From assembly GCA_963642325.1 (NCBI GenBank), contig CAVIGE010000004.1, forward strand, positions 9,057 to 73,056: DNA of 64,000 bases, written 5' to 3'. Position 1 is the stretch's first letter, and every line of letters begins with the position of its first letter. Source of the stretch: Prevotella sp. CAG:279. Its GTDB lineage: Bacteria > Bacillota > Clostridia > Lachnospirales > Lachnospiraceae. Below the pieces are notes generated by a model. The model searched no databases, was not told where the DNA came from, and worked only from the letters and a program-made list of their open reading frames with translations. Made by a program: the position numbers and the translations under genes. Below, piece after piece: positions 40,519-49,980 of the stretch.

Positions 40519-40578
40519 AAAAGTCCATATGATAGTGCCTTTTTCTCCATGTTGCATATACAAAACATATGATATGAT
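40519..40578 (+). promoter_or_regulatory. Direct-repeat activator site plus -10 of GH95 gene
   Basis: AAAAGTCCAT / TTTCTCCAT 22 bp apart; TG-A-TATGAT at 40570-40578. Confidence 0.55.
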
Positions 40579-40602
40579 AGAAAAAAAGCAGGGAGGAAAG
40601 GT

Positions 40603-42918
40603 ATGAACTGTTTGTGGTATAGAGAAGCTGCAAAAAGCTGGATCGAAGCATTGCCCCTTGGGAATGGACGGCTGGGTGCCATGATATCCGGAGAACCTTT
40701 TTGCGGGAAGATTCAGATGAATGAGGAAAGTATTGTCTATGGCGGGCCTATTGACCGCATTAATCCGGATGCGGGAAAGTATTTTAAGAAGATCAGGAAG
40801 CTGGTACTGGAAGGAAAAATCCAGGAAGCACAGAAACTGGAACTTTTTGCACTGTCAGGAACGCCTCAGAGTGAGCGGCCGTATCAGACCATGTGTGATC
40901 TGAATTACAGCATTGACCATGAAGAAGGTGAGATCCGGGATTACAGAAGAGAACTTAATCTGGAAAAAGGTGTTGCGGATACTTCGTTTGTACAGAATGG
41001 TGCACAGTACCGGATGCGCTGCCTGATTTCAGAAAAAGAGGATCTGATGGCGGCAGAGTTTTTTACAGACAGAGAAGAAGGTCTCACCATGTCTGTTCTG
41101 ATAACAAGAGGCCGTTTTTATAACTGTGCCGGAAAAGCGGGGAAGGACAGCATTTACATTGACGGAGATCTTGGAAAGGGAGGAAGTGAATTCTGTGTCC
41201 AGGTCCGTGCTGTGGCAGAAGGTGGAAGCGTACAGACGATCGGAGAACATCTGGTGATCCAAAATGCTGCAAGAGTGGTTCTTTATGTAAATGGCGTGAC
41301 GACCTTTCCTTACCGGAAAAGGAAGACCAAAGATCCGTATAACGATCTGAAACAGCAGCTGGCCGGTTATCGGGCGGAAGATTTTGAACGGATACTGGAA
41401 GAACATGAGAAACAGCACGGAACTCTTTATAACCGATCAGTTCTGAAGCTTGAGGAGGATGTGAAGCTTGATGCACTTCCGACCGATCAGCGTCTGAAAC
41501 GCCTTCGGGAGGGAAAAAAGGATAAAGGTCTGGCGGCTCTTTACTATGGATATGGAAGATATCTCCTTATGGCAAGCAGCCGTCCGGGGGGACTTCCTGC
41601 CAACCTGCAGGGAATCTGGTGCGAGAAGCTGGAGCCTACCTGGGATTCAAAATACACTATCAATATTAATACAGAAATGAATTACTGGCCGGCAGAGATA
41701 TGCAACCTTTCCATGTGCCATGAGCCGCTTTTTGATCTCCTGGAACGAATGGTGGAAAACGGAAAGAAAACAGCGCAGGAAATGTATGGCTGCAGGGGCT
41801 TTGTTGCGCATCATAATACGGATATCTGGGCGGATACAGCACCTCAGGATCTGGCACTGGCAGCATCCTACTGGGTGATGGGGGGAGCGTGGCTGGCTAC
41901 ACATATCTGGAAGCATTACCGTTATACTATGGACCGGGCTTTTCTGGAACGGATGATGCCGGTCCTGGAAGAATGCGTATTATTTTTCAGGGATTTTATG
42001 ATCGAGGATCGGGGAGAGCGGATCGTGTGTCCGTCTGTATCTCCGGAAAATACCTATTATCAGGCAGATGGAACAACGGGAAGTGCCTGTGCTGGCTGTA
42101 CCATGGATACCGGGATACTGAGAGATATTTTTTATGCTTATCTGGAAGGAAACAGGATCCTTGGGAAAAAAGCACCGCAGGAGGACTGGGTACGGGAAAC
42201 CCTCGGTAAGCTGCCGCCGTATAAGGCTGGAAAATATGGCCAGCTTCTGGAATGGAGAGAGGATTACGGGGAGTGGGAGCCGGGACATAGACATTTTTCA
42301 CATCTGTACCCGTTGTTTCCGGCAAACCAGATCAATCAATATGAAAATCCGGAACTGGTAAATGCGTGTGAAAGATCGCTGGAGAGACGAATGGAATCCG
42401 GCGGCGGACACACAGGATGGAGCTGTGCATGGCTGATCAATCTGTATGCAAGGCTTCAGAAGGGGGATAAGGCAGAGGAATATATTGATTATCTTCTTGA
42501 CAAACTGACAGCACCGAATATGTTTGACCTGCATCCTCCACTCCCGAGGATTTCCGGAATTCCGTGGGTGTTCCAGATCGATGGGAATTTTGGTGGTGCA
42601 TGCGGAATTGCCCAGATGCTGCTCCAGAGTCATCTGGATGAGATATTTCTGCTCCCGGCCCTTCCAAAGAACTGGCAGAAAGGAAGCGTTACAGGCCTTT
42701 GTGCGGAAGGTGGCTTTGAGGTTGATATGGTCTGGGAAAAAGGATGCTTCTCCCGTGGCTGGCTTTTTTCAAAACATGGGGAAAAAGCAGTTCTGCGATG
42801 CAGAGAGGAGCTTGAGATATCCAAGGATGGAAGGCAGATTCCTTTAACCAGAGATGAAAAAGGCAGATATGTGTTTGATACAGAAAAAAATGCGATTTAT
42901 CAGATCAGAAGTAAATAA
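40603..42918 (+). CDS. GH95 alpha-1,2-L-fucosidase family glycoside hydrolase
   Basis: ALPLGNGRLG, YGRYLL, PANLQGIW, NINTEMNYW, HRHFSHLY, FQIDGNFG; no signal peptide. Confidence 0.92.
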   Translation: MNCLWYREAAKSWIEALPLGNGRLGAMISGEPFCGKIQMNEESIVYGGPIDRINPDAGKYFKKIRKLVLEGKIQEAQKLELFALSGTPQSERPYQTMCDLNYSIDHEEGEIRDYRRELNLEKGVADTSFVQNGAQYRMRCLISEKEDLMAAEFFTDREEGLTMSVLITRGRFYNCAGKAGKDSIYIDGDLGKGGSEFCVQVRAVAEGGSVQTIGEHLVIQNAARVVLYVNGVTTFPYRKRKTKDPYNDLKQQLAGYRAEDFERILEEHEKQHGTLYNRSVLKLEEDVKLDALPTDQRLKRLREGKKDKGLAALYYGYGRYLLMASSRPGGLPANLQGIWCEKLEPTWDSKYTININTEMNYWPAEICNLSMCHEPLFDLLERMVENGKKTAQEMYGCRGFVAHHNTDIWADTAPQDLALAASYWVMGGAWLATHIWKHYRYTMDRAFLERMMPVLEECVLFFRDFMIEDRGERIVCPSVSPENTYYQADGTTGSACAGCTMDTGILRDIFYAYLEGNRILGKKAPQEDWVRETLGKLPPYKAGKYGQLLEWREDYGEWEPGHRHFSHLYPLFPANQINQYENPELVNACERSLERRMESGGGHTGWSCAWLINLYARLQKGDKAEEYIDYLLDKLTAPNMFDLHPPLPRISGIPWVFQIDGNFGGACGIAQMLLQSHLDEIFLLPALPKNWQKGSVTGLCAEGGFEVDMVWEKGCFSRGWLFSKHGEKAVLRCREELEISKDGRQIPLTRDEKGRYVFDTEKNAIYQIRSK

Positions 42919-42948
42919 GGACTAAAGAAAAAGCCGGAGGCTTCCATA

Positions 42949-44787
42949 TCAGGGAGAGCTCCGGCTGAATAATTTTTCCGGTTTTAACGGTCCGCCGATG
43001 GTAACGGTGGTGAGGCTGTCGGCATCATTTCTGGAAACATGGAAATATTCTTCGCCCCGGTAATAGATATGAAAACGGAGTATGGTATTTTCCAGTCCAT
43101 ATCCCTGATGATGGAAAGTGTTTTCGTAATCCATATCCTGTTTTCCGGTAAATGTAAAGCCTGAAAGCTTCTGATAAAGAGCAGTAAGTTTTTCTTCCTG
43201 GAACGGAGCTCCGTTGTTGGAGATGGACAGATACCACCGGGTATCATCGCAGTGGGAGCATATGCAGATTTTCCAGGGTGGAATGATCTCCATTCCGGAT
43301 TGGTGGAATCCATGCTGAAAGCAGTTTTCGATAAGCGGCTGAAGGATCAGTTTGGGTACAGTGATGAAATTCAGAGAATCATCAAGCTGCCATTCATATT
43401 CCAGATCGTCTTCGTAACGCATTTTCATAATATAAAGATAATGACCGGCGTTGTCAATCTCCTGCGCCAGACTTACCGATTTTCCTGTATAGGAAAGGGA
43501 GTACCGAAGAAGCTGGGAAAGCTCTGTGCACATGCTGGAAACGTCCATGTTTCCGGAGGCCAGCCCGGTCATGCCGATCACGGAAAGCGTATTATACAAA
43601 AAATGTGGGTTCAGCTGTGCTTCCATGGCATCGTAATGTGCGATCAGCGTGCGGTGCCGTTCTTCTGTGAGCCGCTGATTCTGGGCGTAGATTTCGGAGA
43701 GATAGCCCTGGACTGCATTGGTAAGAAAAACAATTTCATTGTCGCTGCTTCCGGGGATCACAGAAATATTTTCTCCCGGAGTAAGCTTAGTAAGCTTGTC
43801 CGTAAGCTGGCGCAGGGGTGAGGTCAGATTTCGGGTCAGGATCATAAGGAAGGAAGACATAACAAGAAACATGATCACAAACAGCAGTGCGCTGATGAAC
43901 ATAAGTCTTTTCATAGATGCTGCAAAGCTGGCGGAATTTTCACTGAGGATGACAGTCCATCCGGTATGGCTGGAAACGTGGTAGCTGGAAACGGAAAGAT
44001 TACCATAGGAAAAACTTCCACTGTCTGGATCTGTTTCAAAAGAAGCCCGCCAGCAGGCCAGAAAAGCCCGGCGGTTCAGGTTGTCCAAGCTGGTATAAAC
44101 AAGGTTGCTGTCAGCGTCCAGAACTGTAATATAGTAGTCATCGGGTGTGTCGAAGCCGGAGAGAAGTTCTTTTGTCAGAGCGTCCATATCGAAATCCGCG
44201 ACCAGAATTCCGTACTGATGATAAACATCGCGCATGGAACGGACTACAGAGATCACAGTATGATCACTTCCCCAGTAATCCCTGTGGGGAGGGATAAAAA
44301 GGAAATAGCTGATGCTGTCCATGACCTTATTAAGGTTTGGGTTATTCTGGAGTGAGGATTTTTTTGCATAGTTTGTTCCGTTAGGGGAGGAAACGCCCAG
44401 ATGGTCATAATATTTGCTCACATAGTTAAGGGAAACGTTAAGGTCTGTGGACATCAGCGTTGTGCGGAATCTGTCCTGAAAGGCAGAGCGGGCTGTGATG
44501 TGGGTGGGCAGGTAGTTGTTTTCGCCGGAGGGGATATTTTTTGCAACATCAAAAAGAGTAGTATTAAGCTGCAGCTCTTTTAAGATGTTGTCTGCATCGG
44601 TAAGAAATGAGTCCAGATTATTCTGTATCATAGAGGCACTGCCGCTCAGGGTATTTCGCATATTTGCACGCAGGGACTTGGCAGAATAATTGTAAAAAAA
44701 CAGAGAAAAAACGGAAAGGAGCAGTGAATACAGGATAATACAGGAAATGAACAGCTTTTTCTGAAATGAAAATTGATAGAATTTCAT
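42949..44787 (-). CDS. Sensor histidine kinase (YesM family)
   Basis: Two TM, HAMP, QLNPHFLYNTL, LQPLIENC. Confidence 0.9.
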   Translation of the reverse strand: MKFYQFSFQKKLFISCIILYSLLLSVFSLFFYNYSAKSLRANMRNTLSGSASMIQNNLDSFLTDADNILKELQLNTTLFDVAKNIPSGENNYLPTHITARSAFQDRFRTTLMSTDLNVSLNYVSKYYDHLGVSSPNGTNYAKKSSLQNNPNLNKVMDSISYFLFIPPHRDYWGSDHTVISVVRSMRDVYHQYGILVADFDMDALTKELLSGFDTPDDYYITVLDADSNLVYTSLDNLNRRAFLACWRASFETDPDSGSFSYGNLSVSSYHVSSHTGWTVILSENSASFAASMKRLMFISALLFVIMFLVMSSFLMILTRNLTSPLRQLTDKLTKLTPGENISVIPGSSDNEIVFLTNAVQGYLSEIYAQNQRLTEERHRTLIAHYDAMEAQLNPHFLYNTLSVIGMTGLASGNMDVSSMCTELSQLLRYSLSYTGKSVSLAQEIDNAGHYLYIMKMRYEDDLEYEWQLDDSLNFITVPKLILQPLIENCFQHGFHQSGMEIIPPWKICICSHCDDTRWYLSISNNGAPFQEEKLTALYQKLSGFTFTGKQDMDYENTFHHQGYGLENTILRFHIYYRGEEYFHVSRNDADSLTTVTIGGPLKPEKLFSRSSP

Positions 44788-44887
44788 GGCAAAACCTCCA
44801 ACGGGGATAAGTTGTATCTATTTTATATGAATATGGATAAATATACAATATATATTGTAGGGATGAACGAAAAAAAGACGAAAAGAA

Positions 44888-44947
44888 AAAAATACATGTC
44901 GGATAAGCCAAAAGTCCATGGATTTTAAAAGGATATTTTTATATAAT
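44888..44947 (+). promoter_or_regulatory. Direct-repeat activator site plus -10 of ABC operon
   Basis: AAAAATACAT / AAAAGTCCAT 22 bp apart; TATAAT at 44942. Confidence 0.55.
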
Positions 44948-45000
44948 GTGACCATGTTAAGGATAGAGAAGAAAAAGCGAATAAAGGGAGGGTTTTTACA

Positions 45001-46269
45001 ATGAAGAAAAAAGTTTTTGCAGCACTTATGGTGGCGTGTATGACAGTATCTGTATTTGGAAGCGTGGTGACAGCAAGTGCAGCAGACGGAGTCACACTGA
45101 CACTTTATGGAAATGCAGATGATCTTGCAAAACCGTATATGCAGAAGATCATTTCCATGTGGGAGGAATCTTCGGGAAATAAGATCGACCAGCAGGGACT
45201 TGATACAGATAATGCGGAGACGATCGCGCTGACCAAATTTACAACCGGTGATATCCCGGATCTTTACATCCATTTCGGAAACAGCAACCTGAAGAACTTC
45301 AACCCGGAAGAAAATTTTGTGGACTGGTCGGATGCTGACTGGGTATCCGATATTCAGGATTCGGTTCTCCCACAGGCAACCTATAATGACAAGGTGATCG
45401 GTCTTCCGTTTTGGGAGGCATCTAACTCCGGCTGTTTCTATAATACGAAGATTTTTGAGGAACTGGGAATTGCGCAGCCGACAACACAGGAAGAATTCAA
45501 TGCAGTCTGCGATACACTTCTGGAGAATGGGGTACAGCCAATCTATCTTGCAGCAGCAGATGCATGGCCGATCCTCTATCAGTTTGCACTGGATCCTGTA
45601 CTTGAGGAGCATCCGGAATATATTGAGAAGCTGAATGCAGGAGAGATGTCCTATGCAGATATTCCGGAATTTACAGATATGTGCACCTGGTTTAAAGAGG
45701 CGGCAGATAAAGGATATTTTGGAAAGAATTTTGCTTCTGATACGTGGGATTACACAAGTGAGGTTCTTGGAACAGGTGAAGCAGCCATGCTCTTCTGTTG
45801 GGATACCTGGTTTGATACAGATTATGACAGTGAGTCCTATGATTATGTAGGAGATGATTTCGGAATCATGCCGGTATTTATGGGAACCTGTGATGAAGGA
45901 ACCTATGAAGGCGGTAACGTAAATCTGATGCTTGTAAACAAAAATGGTGACAATGTGGAAGCTGCCAGTGATTTCGTAAACTTTATGGCAGATCCTGAAA
46001 ACTATAATCAGGCGTTTGAGGGTGTTTCTACAGCGGCAGTTTTCAAACAGGAGACAACCAATGTGAATTCCAGCCAGTATGATGGAAATAAAGACAGTGT
46101 AGATAAACTGATCCGTGCATCTTCTGCACAGCCGAAGATAGTAGGCTTTAACCAGCAGGAAGGCGGAAAGGCACTGCTTCAGCTTATGAATGGAGATATC
46201 AGTGTGGAAGAGTGTGTAAAACTGATTGATGATGACAGAGTCGCAACACTCGAGTCTTTTGCCCAGTAA
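45001..46269 (+). CDS. Carbohydrate ABC transporter substrate-binding protein
   Basis: Signal peptide; GDIPD, GLP, FYNTKIFEELG family-1 SBP motifs. Confidence 0.9.
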   Translation: MKKKVFAALMVACMTVSVFGSVVTASAADGVTLTLYGNADDLAKPYMQKIISMWEESSGNKIDQQGLDTDNAETIALTKFTTGDIPDLYIHFGNSNLKNFNPEENFVDWSDADWVSDIQDSVLPQATYNDKVIGLPFWEASNSGCFYNTKIFEELGIAQPTTQEEFNAVCDTLLENGVQPIYLAAADAWPILYQFALDPVLEEHPEYIEKLNAGEMSYADIPEFTDMCTWFKEAADKGYFGKNFASDTWDYTSEVLGTGEAAMLFCWDTWFDTDYDSESYDYVGDDFGIMPVFMGTCDEGTYEGGNVNLMLVNKNGDNVEAASDFVNFMADPENYNQAFEGVSTAAVFKQETTNVNSSQYDGNKDSVDKLIRASSAQPKIVGFNQQEGGKALLQLMNGDISVEECVKLIDDDRVATLESFAQ

Positions 46270-46344
46270 ATAAGCATCCGTTTTAAGATGGTTTCAGGTT
46301 TGGGGATAAAACTTCAAACCTGAAGCTGTTGAAGGAGGAAATTT

Positions 46345-47214
46345 ATGAACCGAAAAAAAATATATCCGCTGTATCTTGCCGTGGTTCCGGCGGTGGTGTT
46401 TTTTATCTTCTTTATCGTACCATCTACGGTAGGATATTATTATGCATTCACGAACTGGAGTGCAGCCAGAACCACCAATTTGAAATTTGTCGGCCTCGAA
46501 AATATCATATCCGTTCTTAACAGCACAAAGGTGCCGGTAGCTTTTGCGAATACTCTGATCTATGCAGGTGTAAAAACGATCACGGTAACAATTCTGGGCT
46601 TTGTCTTTGCCTATATTCTGAACCGGGAAATCAAAACACGGACTGCTCTGAGAACGGTTTATTTTATCCCGTCCATCTTTTCCTGCCTTGTTGTAGGACT
46701 TATCTTCAGTGCTGTATTCCAGACGCGCCATGGCACAATCAACAATATCCTGAACCTTATGGGAATTGCAAATGTTCAGTGGTTCGGCAGGAGAGGAACA
46801 GCGGTTTTTGCTATCTGCGTAGCTGAGGTATGGAGAAATGTGGGATATGCGATCATCATCACACTTGCAGGCCTGCAGTCTGTTTCTTCTGATTATCTGG
46901 AGGCTGGTAAGCTGGATGGTGCATCCGAGTGGCAGCTCTTTCGCCATATTACACTTCCATTGATCATGCCGACTGTAAATGTGAATATTCTTTTCAGCCT
47001 GATCTATGGACTGAAAATGTTCGACCTGATCTATGTTATGACAGGCGGCGGACCTGGAAATGCAACGGAGAGCTTCGGAACGCTGATGATGAATGAAATG
47101 TCAGCTGGGCGTTATGCACAGTCTGTAGCTGTCAACCTGGTATTCACAGTGCTTCTGGTCGTTGTTTCCATTGTTTATCAGAAGTTTTCATCAAGATGGG
47201 AGACGGTGTTGTAA
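46345..47214 (+). CDS. Carbohydrate ABC transporter permease
   Basis: FVGLEN, EAGKLDGA EAA loop, MTGGGPG. Confidence 0.92.
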   Translation: MNRKKIYPLYLAVVPAVVFFIFFIVPSTVGYYYAFTNWSAARTTNLKFVGLENIISVLNSTKVPVAFANTLIYAGVKTITVTILGFVFAYILNREIKTRTALRTVYFIPSIFSCLVVGLIFSAVFQTRHGTINNILNLMGIANVQWFGRRGTAVFAICVAEVWRNVGYAIIITLAGLQSVSSDYLEAGKLDGASEWQLFRHITLPLIMPTVNVNILFSLIYGLKMFDLIYVMTGGGPGNATESFGTLMMNEMSAGRYAQSVAVNLVFTVLLVVVSIVYQKFSSRWETVL

Positions 47215-47215
47215 T

Positions 47216-48037
47216 ATGAATAAGAAAAAAACTAGGATCAATCTGCTGCTGGAGATCATCCTCTGGCTTGTGAGCATCGTAACGATATATCCGATGCTGA
47301 TGGTGCTTCTCACTTCCTTTAAAAATAAAGGTGAAGCAGCTTATATGAATATCGCCCTGCCACGTGAGTGGCATCCGGAAAATTACATAACAGTTCTTGA
47401 GAAAGATTTCATGCGTTCTCTTGGGAACAGTGTGTTCATTACTTTTATATCCGTGGTGCTGATCGTTTCTCTTTCTGCATTTTTGAGCTTTATTATTGTC
47501 AGAAGAGATACAAAAGGATGCAGGATCGGATATAAGGTCATCACTCTTGGAATTATTGCACCTTTTGCTGCACTTCCGACAATCCAGCTGATGCAGAAAA
47601 TGGGGATTTATGGCTCCAGGATCGGCCTCTGTCTGGTATATTCTTCGCTGTATATGCCGTTTACAACGATGATGTTCAGCGGATTCATCAAAGGAATTCC
47701 GAAGGAACTGGATGAGGCAGCTGTTATGGATGGTGCGGTAGGCGGAAGACTGTTTTGCACAGTGATCCTGCCACTTCTGAAACCGGTTCTTGCGACAACA
47801 GGTGTTCTGAACTTTATGTGGGTATGGAATGAGCTTCAGATCCCGATGTACCTTTTGAATTCTTCATCCAAATGGACGCTGCCACTGTCTGTATACAATT
47901 TTTACGGACAGTTCAGCAGAAGCTGGAACCTTGTGTGCGCAGATGTTGTGCTGGTTTCCCTGCCAGTGATCCTGGTATATATTTTTGCGCAGAAATGGGT
48001 GATCGCAGGTATGACAGCCGGTGCTGTAAAAGGCTGA
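47216..48037 (+). CDS. Carbohydrate ABC transporter permease
   Basis: ELDEAAVMDGA, WNE, GMTAGAVKG. Confidence 0.92.
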   Translation: MNKKKTRINLLLEIILWLVSIVTIYPMLMVLLTSFKNKGEAAYMNIALPREWHPENYITVLEKDFMRSLGNSVFITFISVVLIVSLSAFLSFIIVRRDTKGCRIGYKVITLGIIAPFAALPTIQLMQKMGIYGSRIGLCLVYSSLYMPFTTMMFSGFIKGIPKELDEAAVMDGAVGGRLFCTVILPLLKPVLATTGVLNFMWVWNELQIPMYLLNSSSKWTLPLSVYNFYGQFSRSWNLVCADVVLVSLPVILVYIFAQKWVIAGMTAGAVKG

Positions 48038-48064
48038 TCCTGGTAATAGCAAGGAGGATATGAG

Positions 48065-49393
48065 ATGAAAAAAAAATACACAGGAACATGGAATTCTGTA
48101 AATAAACATCAGGTGCCAAAATGGTATGAGGACTGTAAATTCGGGATTTTTATCCACTGGGGAATTTATTCGGTTCCTGCTTTCGCACCACGGACATGGG
48201 AGCTTGGAGAGGTGGAGACCAATGAAGAATGGTTCTGCAATAATCCGTATGCAGAGTGGTATTATAATTCTGTAAATGTGGGAAAAGGACCTACCTATGA
48301 ACATCACATGGAGAAATATGGCAGGGATTTTTCTTATGAAGATTTTTTGCCGATGTGGAAGGCCAAAAACTGGCAGCCACAGAAGTGGGCTGAACTTTTT
48401 CGCAAAGCGGGAGCAAAATACGTTGTGCTGACGACAAAGCATCACGATGGATTCTGCCTGTATCCAAGTGAATATACCGATTTTAACTGTGAAGAACTGG
48501 GACCGAAGAGGGATATCACAGGAGAGCTGACTGAAGCGGTCCGGGGTGAAGGACTGAAAATGGGACTTTATTATTCGGGTCTGATTGACTGGCAGTTTGC
48601 CAATGATCCGATATTTAAGGACGAAGACAGCTTTGGAAATGCCTGCCCGACTTTTGAATATGCGGATTATTCTTATAATCAGATGAAGGAGCTAGTAGAT
48701 AAATACCATCCGTCTGTATTCTGGAATGATATTGGGTGGCCAAAGCAGAGTGAGCATATGATGCCATATTTCCTGGCGCATTATTATAATGTGGTAGAGG
48801 AAGGTGTAGTCAATGACCGGTTTAATGGACTTTACCATGATTTCAGTACAAAGGAATACAAGCAGGGGGAAGCTAACCGCGAAGAGAAATGGGAAATGTG
48901 CCGTGGCATGGGACTTTCCTTTGGATATAATGAAAACGAGGGAGATGATCAGCTTATCAGCGTTCCGGATCTGATTCATCTTCTGGTTGCTACGGTATCT
49001 GACAATGGAAATCTGCTTCTTAACATTGGACCCAAACCGGATGGAACAATACCCAAAGAGCAGGAAAAACGACTTCTTGCGCTGGGAAAATGGCTGGAGA
49101 TCAACGGGGAAGGTATTTATGATACCAGATGCTCCATACACCTCCCGGAAACGGCAGGTAATGGTGTGCAGATATTTTTTACAGCAAAAGGAAAAGATCT
49201 CTATGTATTTGCAGAGGGGTTTTCCGGGGAGGAAAATACTCTGGTGATTCCTGGTGTGAAAGGCAGTGCAGAGCCTCTGGATCCAACGCTTACCGTGCAG
49301 TCTGAGGAAACAGCAGAAGGACTGAAGGTTTCTATTTCCGGATATGACAAAGAGAAACAGATCATCTGTCTGAAGGTAAAGGGAGGAGAGTAA
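48065..49393 (+). CDS. GH29 alpha-L-fucosidase
   Basis: KFGIFIHWGIYSVP, TTKHHDGF, FWND nucleophile region, VNDR, GNLLLNIGP; no signal peptide. Confidence 0.93.
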   Translation: MKKKYTGTWNSVNKHQVPKWYEDCKFGIFIHWGIYSVPAFAPRTWELGEVETNEEWFCNNPYAEWYYNSVNVGKGPTYEHHMEKYGRDFSYEDFLPMWKAKNWQPQKWAELFRKAGAKYVVLTTKHHDGFCLYPSEYTDFNCEELGPKRDITGELTEAVRGEGLKMGLYYSGLIDWQFANDPIFKDEDSFGNACPTFEYADYSYNQMKELVDKYHPSVFWNDIGWPKQSEHMMPYFLAHYYNVVEEGVVNDRFNGLYHDFSTKEYKQGEANREEKWEMCRGMGLSFGYNENEGDDQLISVPDLIHLLVATVSDNGNLLLNIGPKPDGTIPKEQEKRLLALGKWLEINGEGIYDTRCSIHLPETAGNGVQIFFTAKGKDLYVFAEGFSGEENTLVIPGVKGSAEPLDPTLTVQSEETAEGLKVSISGYDKEKQIICLKVKGGE

Positions 49394-49420
49394 ACAGCCT
49401 GGACTTTTTTTCAAATCTCC

Positions 49421-49448
49421 TTGACACAAAAAAACATTCTGTTATAAT
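49421..49448 (+). promoter_or_regulatory. Strong sigma-A promoter of ssrA
   Basis: TTGACA-16 bp-TATAAT with TG extension. Confidence 0.8.
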
Positions 49449-49539
49449 TAAAGCCAGTCAAAAGCAACTGACTTGGAAATCGTCTGTCCGCCAGAGATGA
49501 CTTGGAAAAAGGAAGTCATCAGAAGTCTTTTTTATGTGA

Positions 49540-49882
49540 GGGCTTGTACTGGTTTCGACGGGGGCTTTGAAGTTAGGGAAGCCATCCGCAGACTCCTGGA
49601 CTGCGTACCAACCGGGAATTAAATATAAACGCAGACGAAAAGTTAGCGTTAGCAGCCTAAGCTGCTCGTCAGCCCCGTTGCACTCACACATCGGGAGTCT
49701 GGCGTCGACCATGTGAGAAACCTTGCCGGGTAAGCTTTGCCCCGGTAGATGTATCATGAAGCTACTGAAGCAGTAAGCCTGTCGGTGGGCGTATTGCCGA
49801 GGGAATGTTAAAACAGCGACTGTGATGGGAGATGCCTTAAGGGATAGGCTTTCGGACAGGGGTTCGATTCCCCTCAGGTCCA
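49540..49882 (+). ncRNA. ssrA: tmRNA; tag (A)ADEKLALAA at 49631-49660
   Basis: Acceptor stem GGGCTTG/CAGGTCC-A with G3.U wobble; TACTGGTTTCGAC; T-arm GGGGTTCGATTCCCC; tag ORF ending LAA-stop. Confidence 0.96.
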
Positions 49883-49893
49883 CTTGTGGAACG

Positions 49894-49937
49894 TCCCGGA
49901 AAGACAGCATTTATGCGGCTTTCCGGGAATTTTTTTA
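49894..49937 (+). terminator. Terminator after ssrA
   Basis: TCCCGGAAAG...CTTTCCGGGA then T tract. Confidence 0.8.
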
Positions 49938-49980
49938 CCTTGGGAAATTCTTCGCAGATACAGAAAGCGTTGGTGACAGA

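Noticed and set aside
38935..49540. Fucosidase locus as an ssrA-integrated genomic island
   Set aside because: It lies 5' of ssrA, with no integrase and no duplicated att sequence.
49458..49980. 150-aa minus ORF and N-terminal extension of the ftsW-family ORF from 49822
   Set aside because: Both overlap the tmRNA and its terminator.
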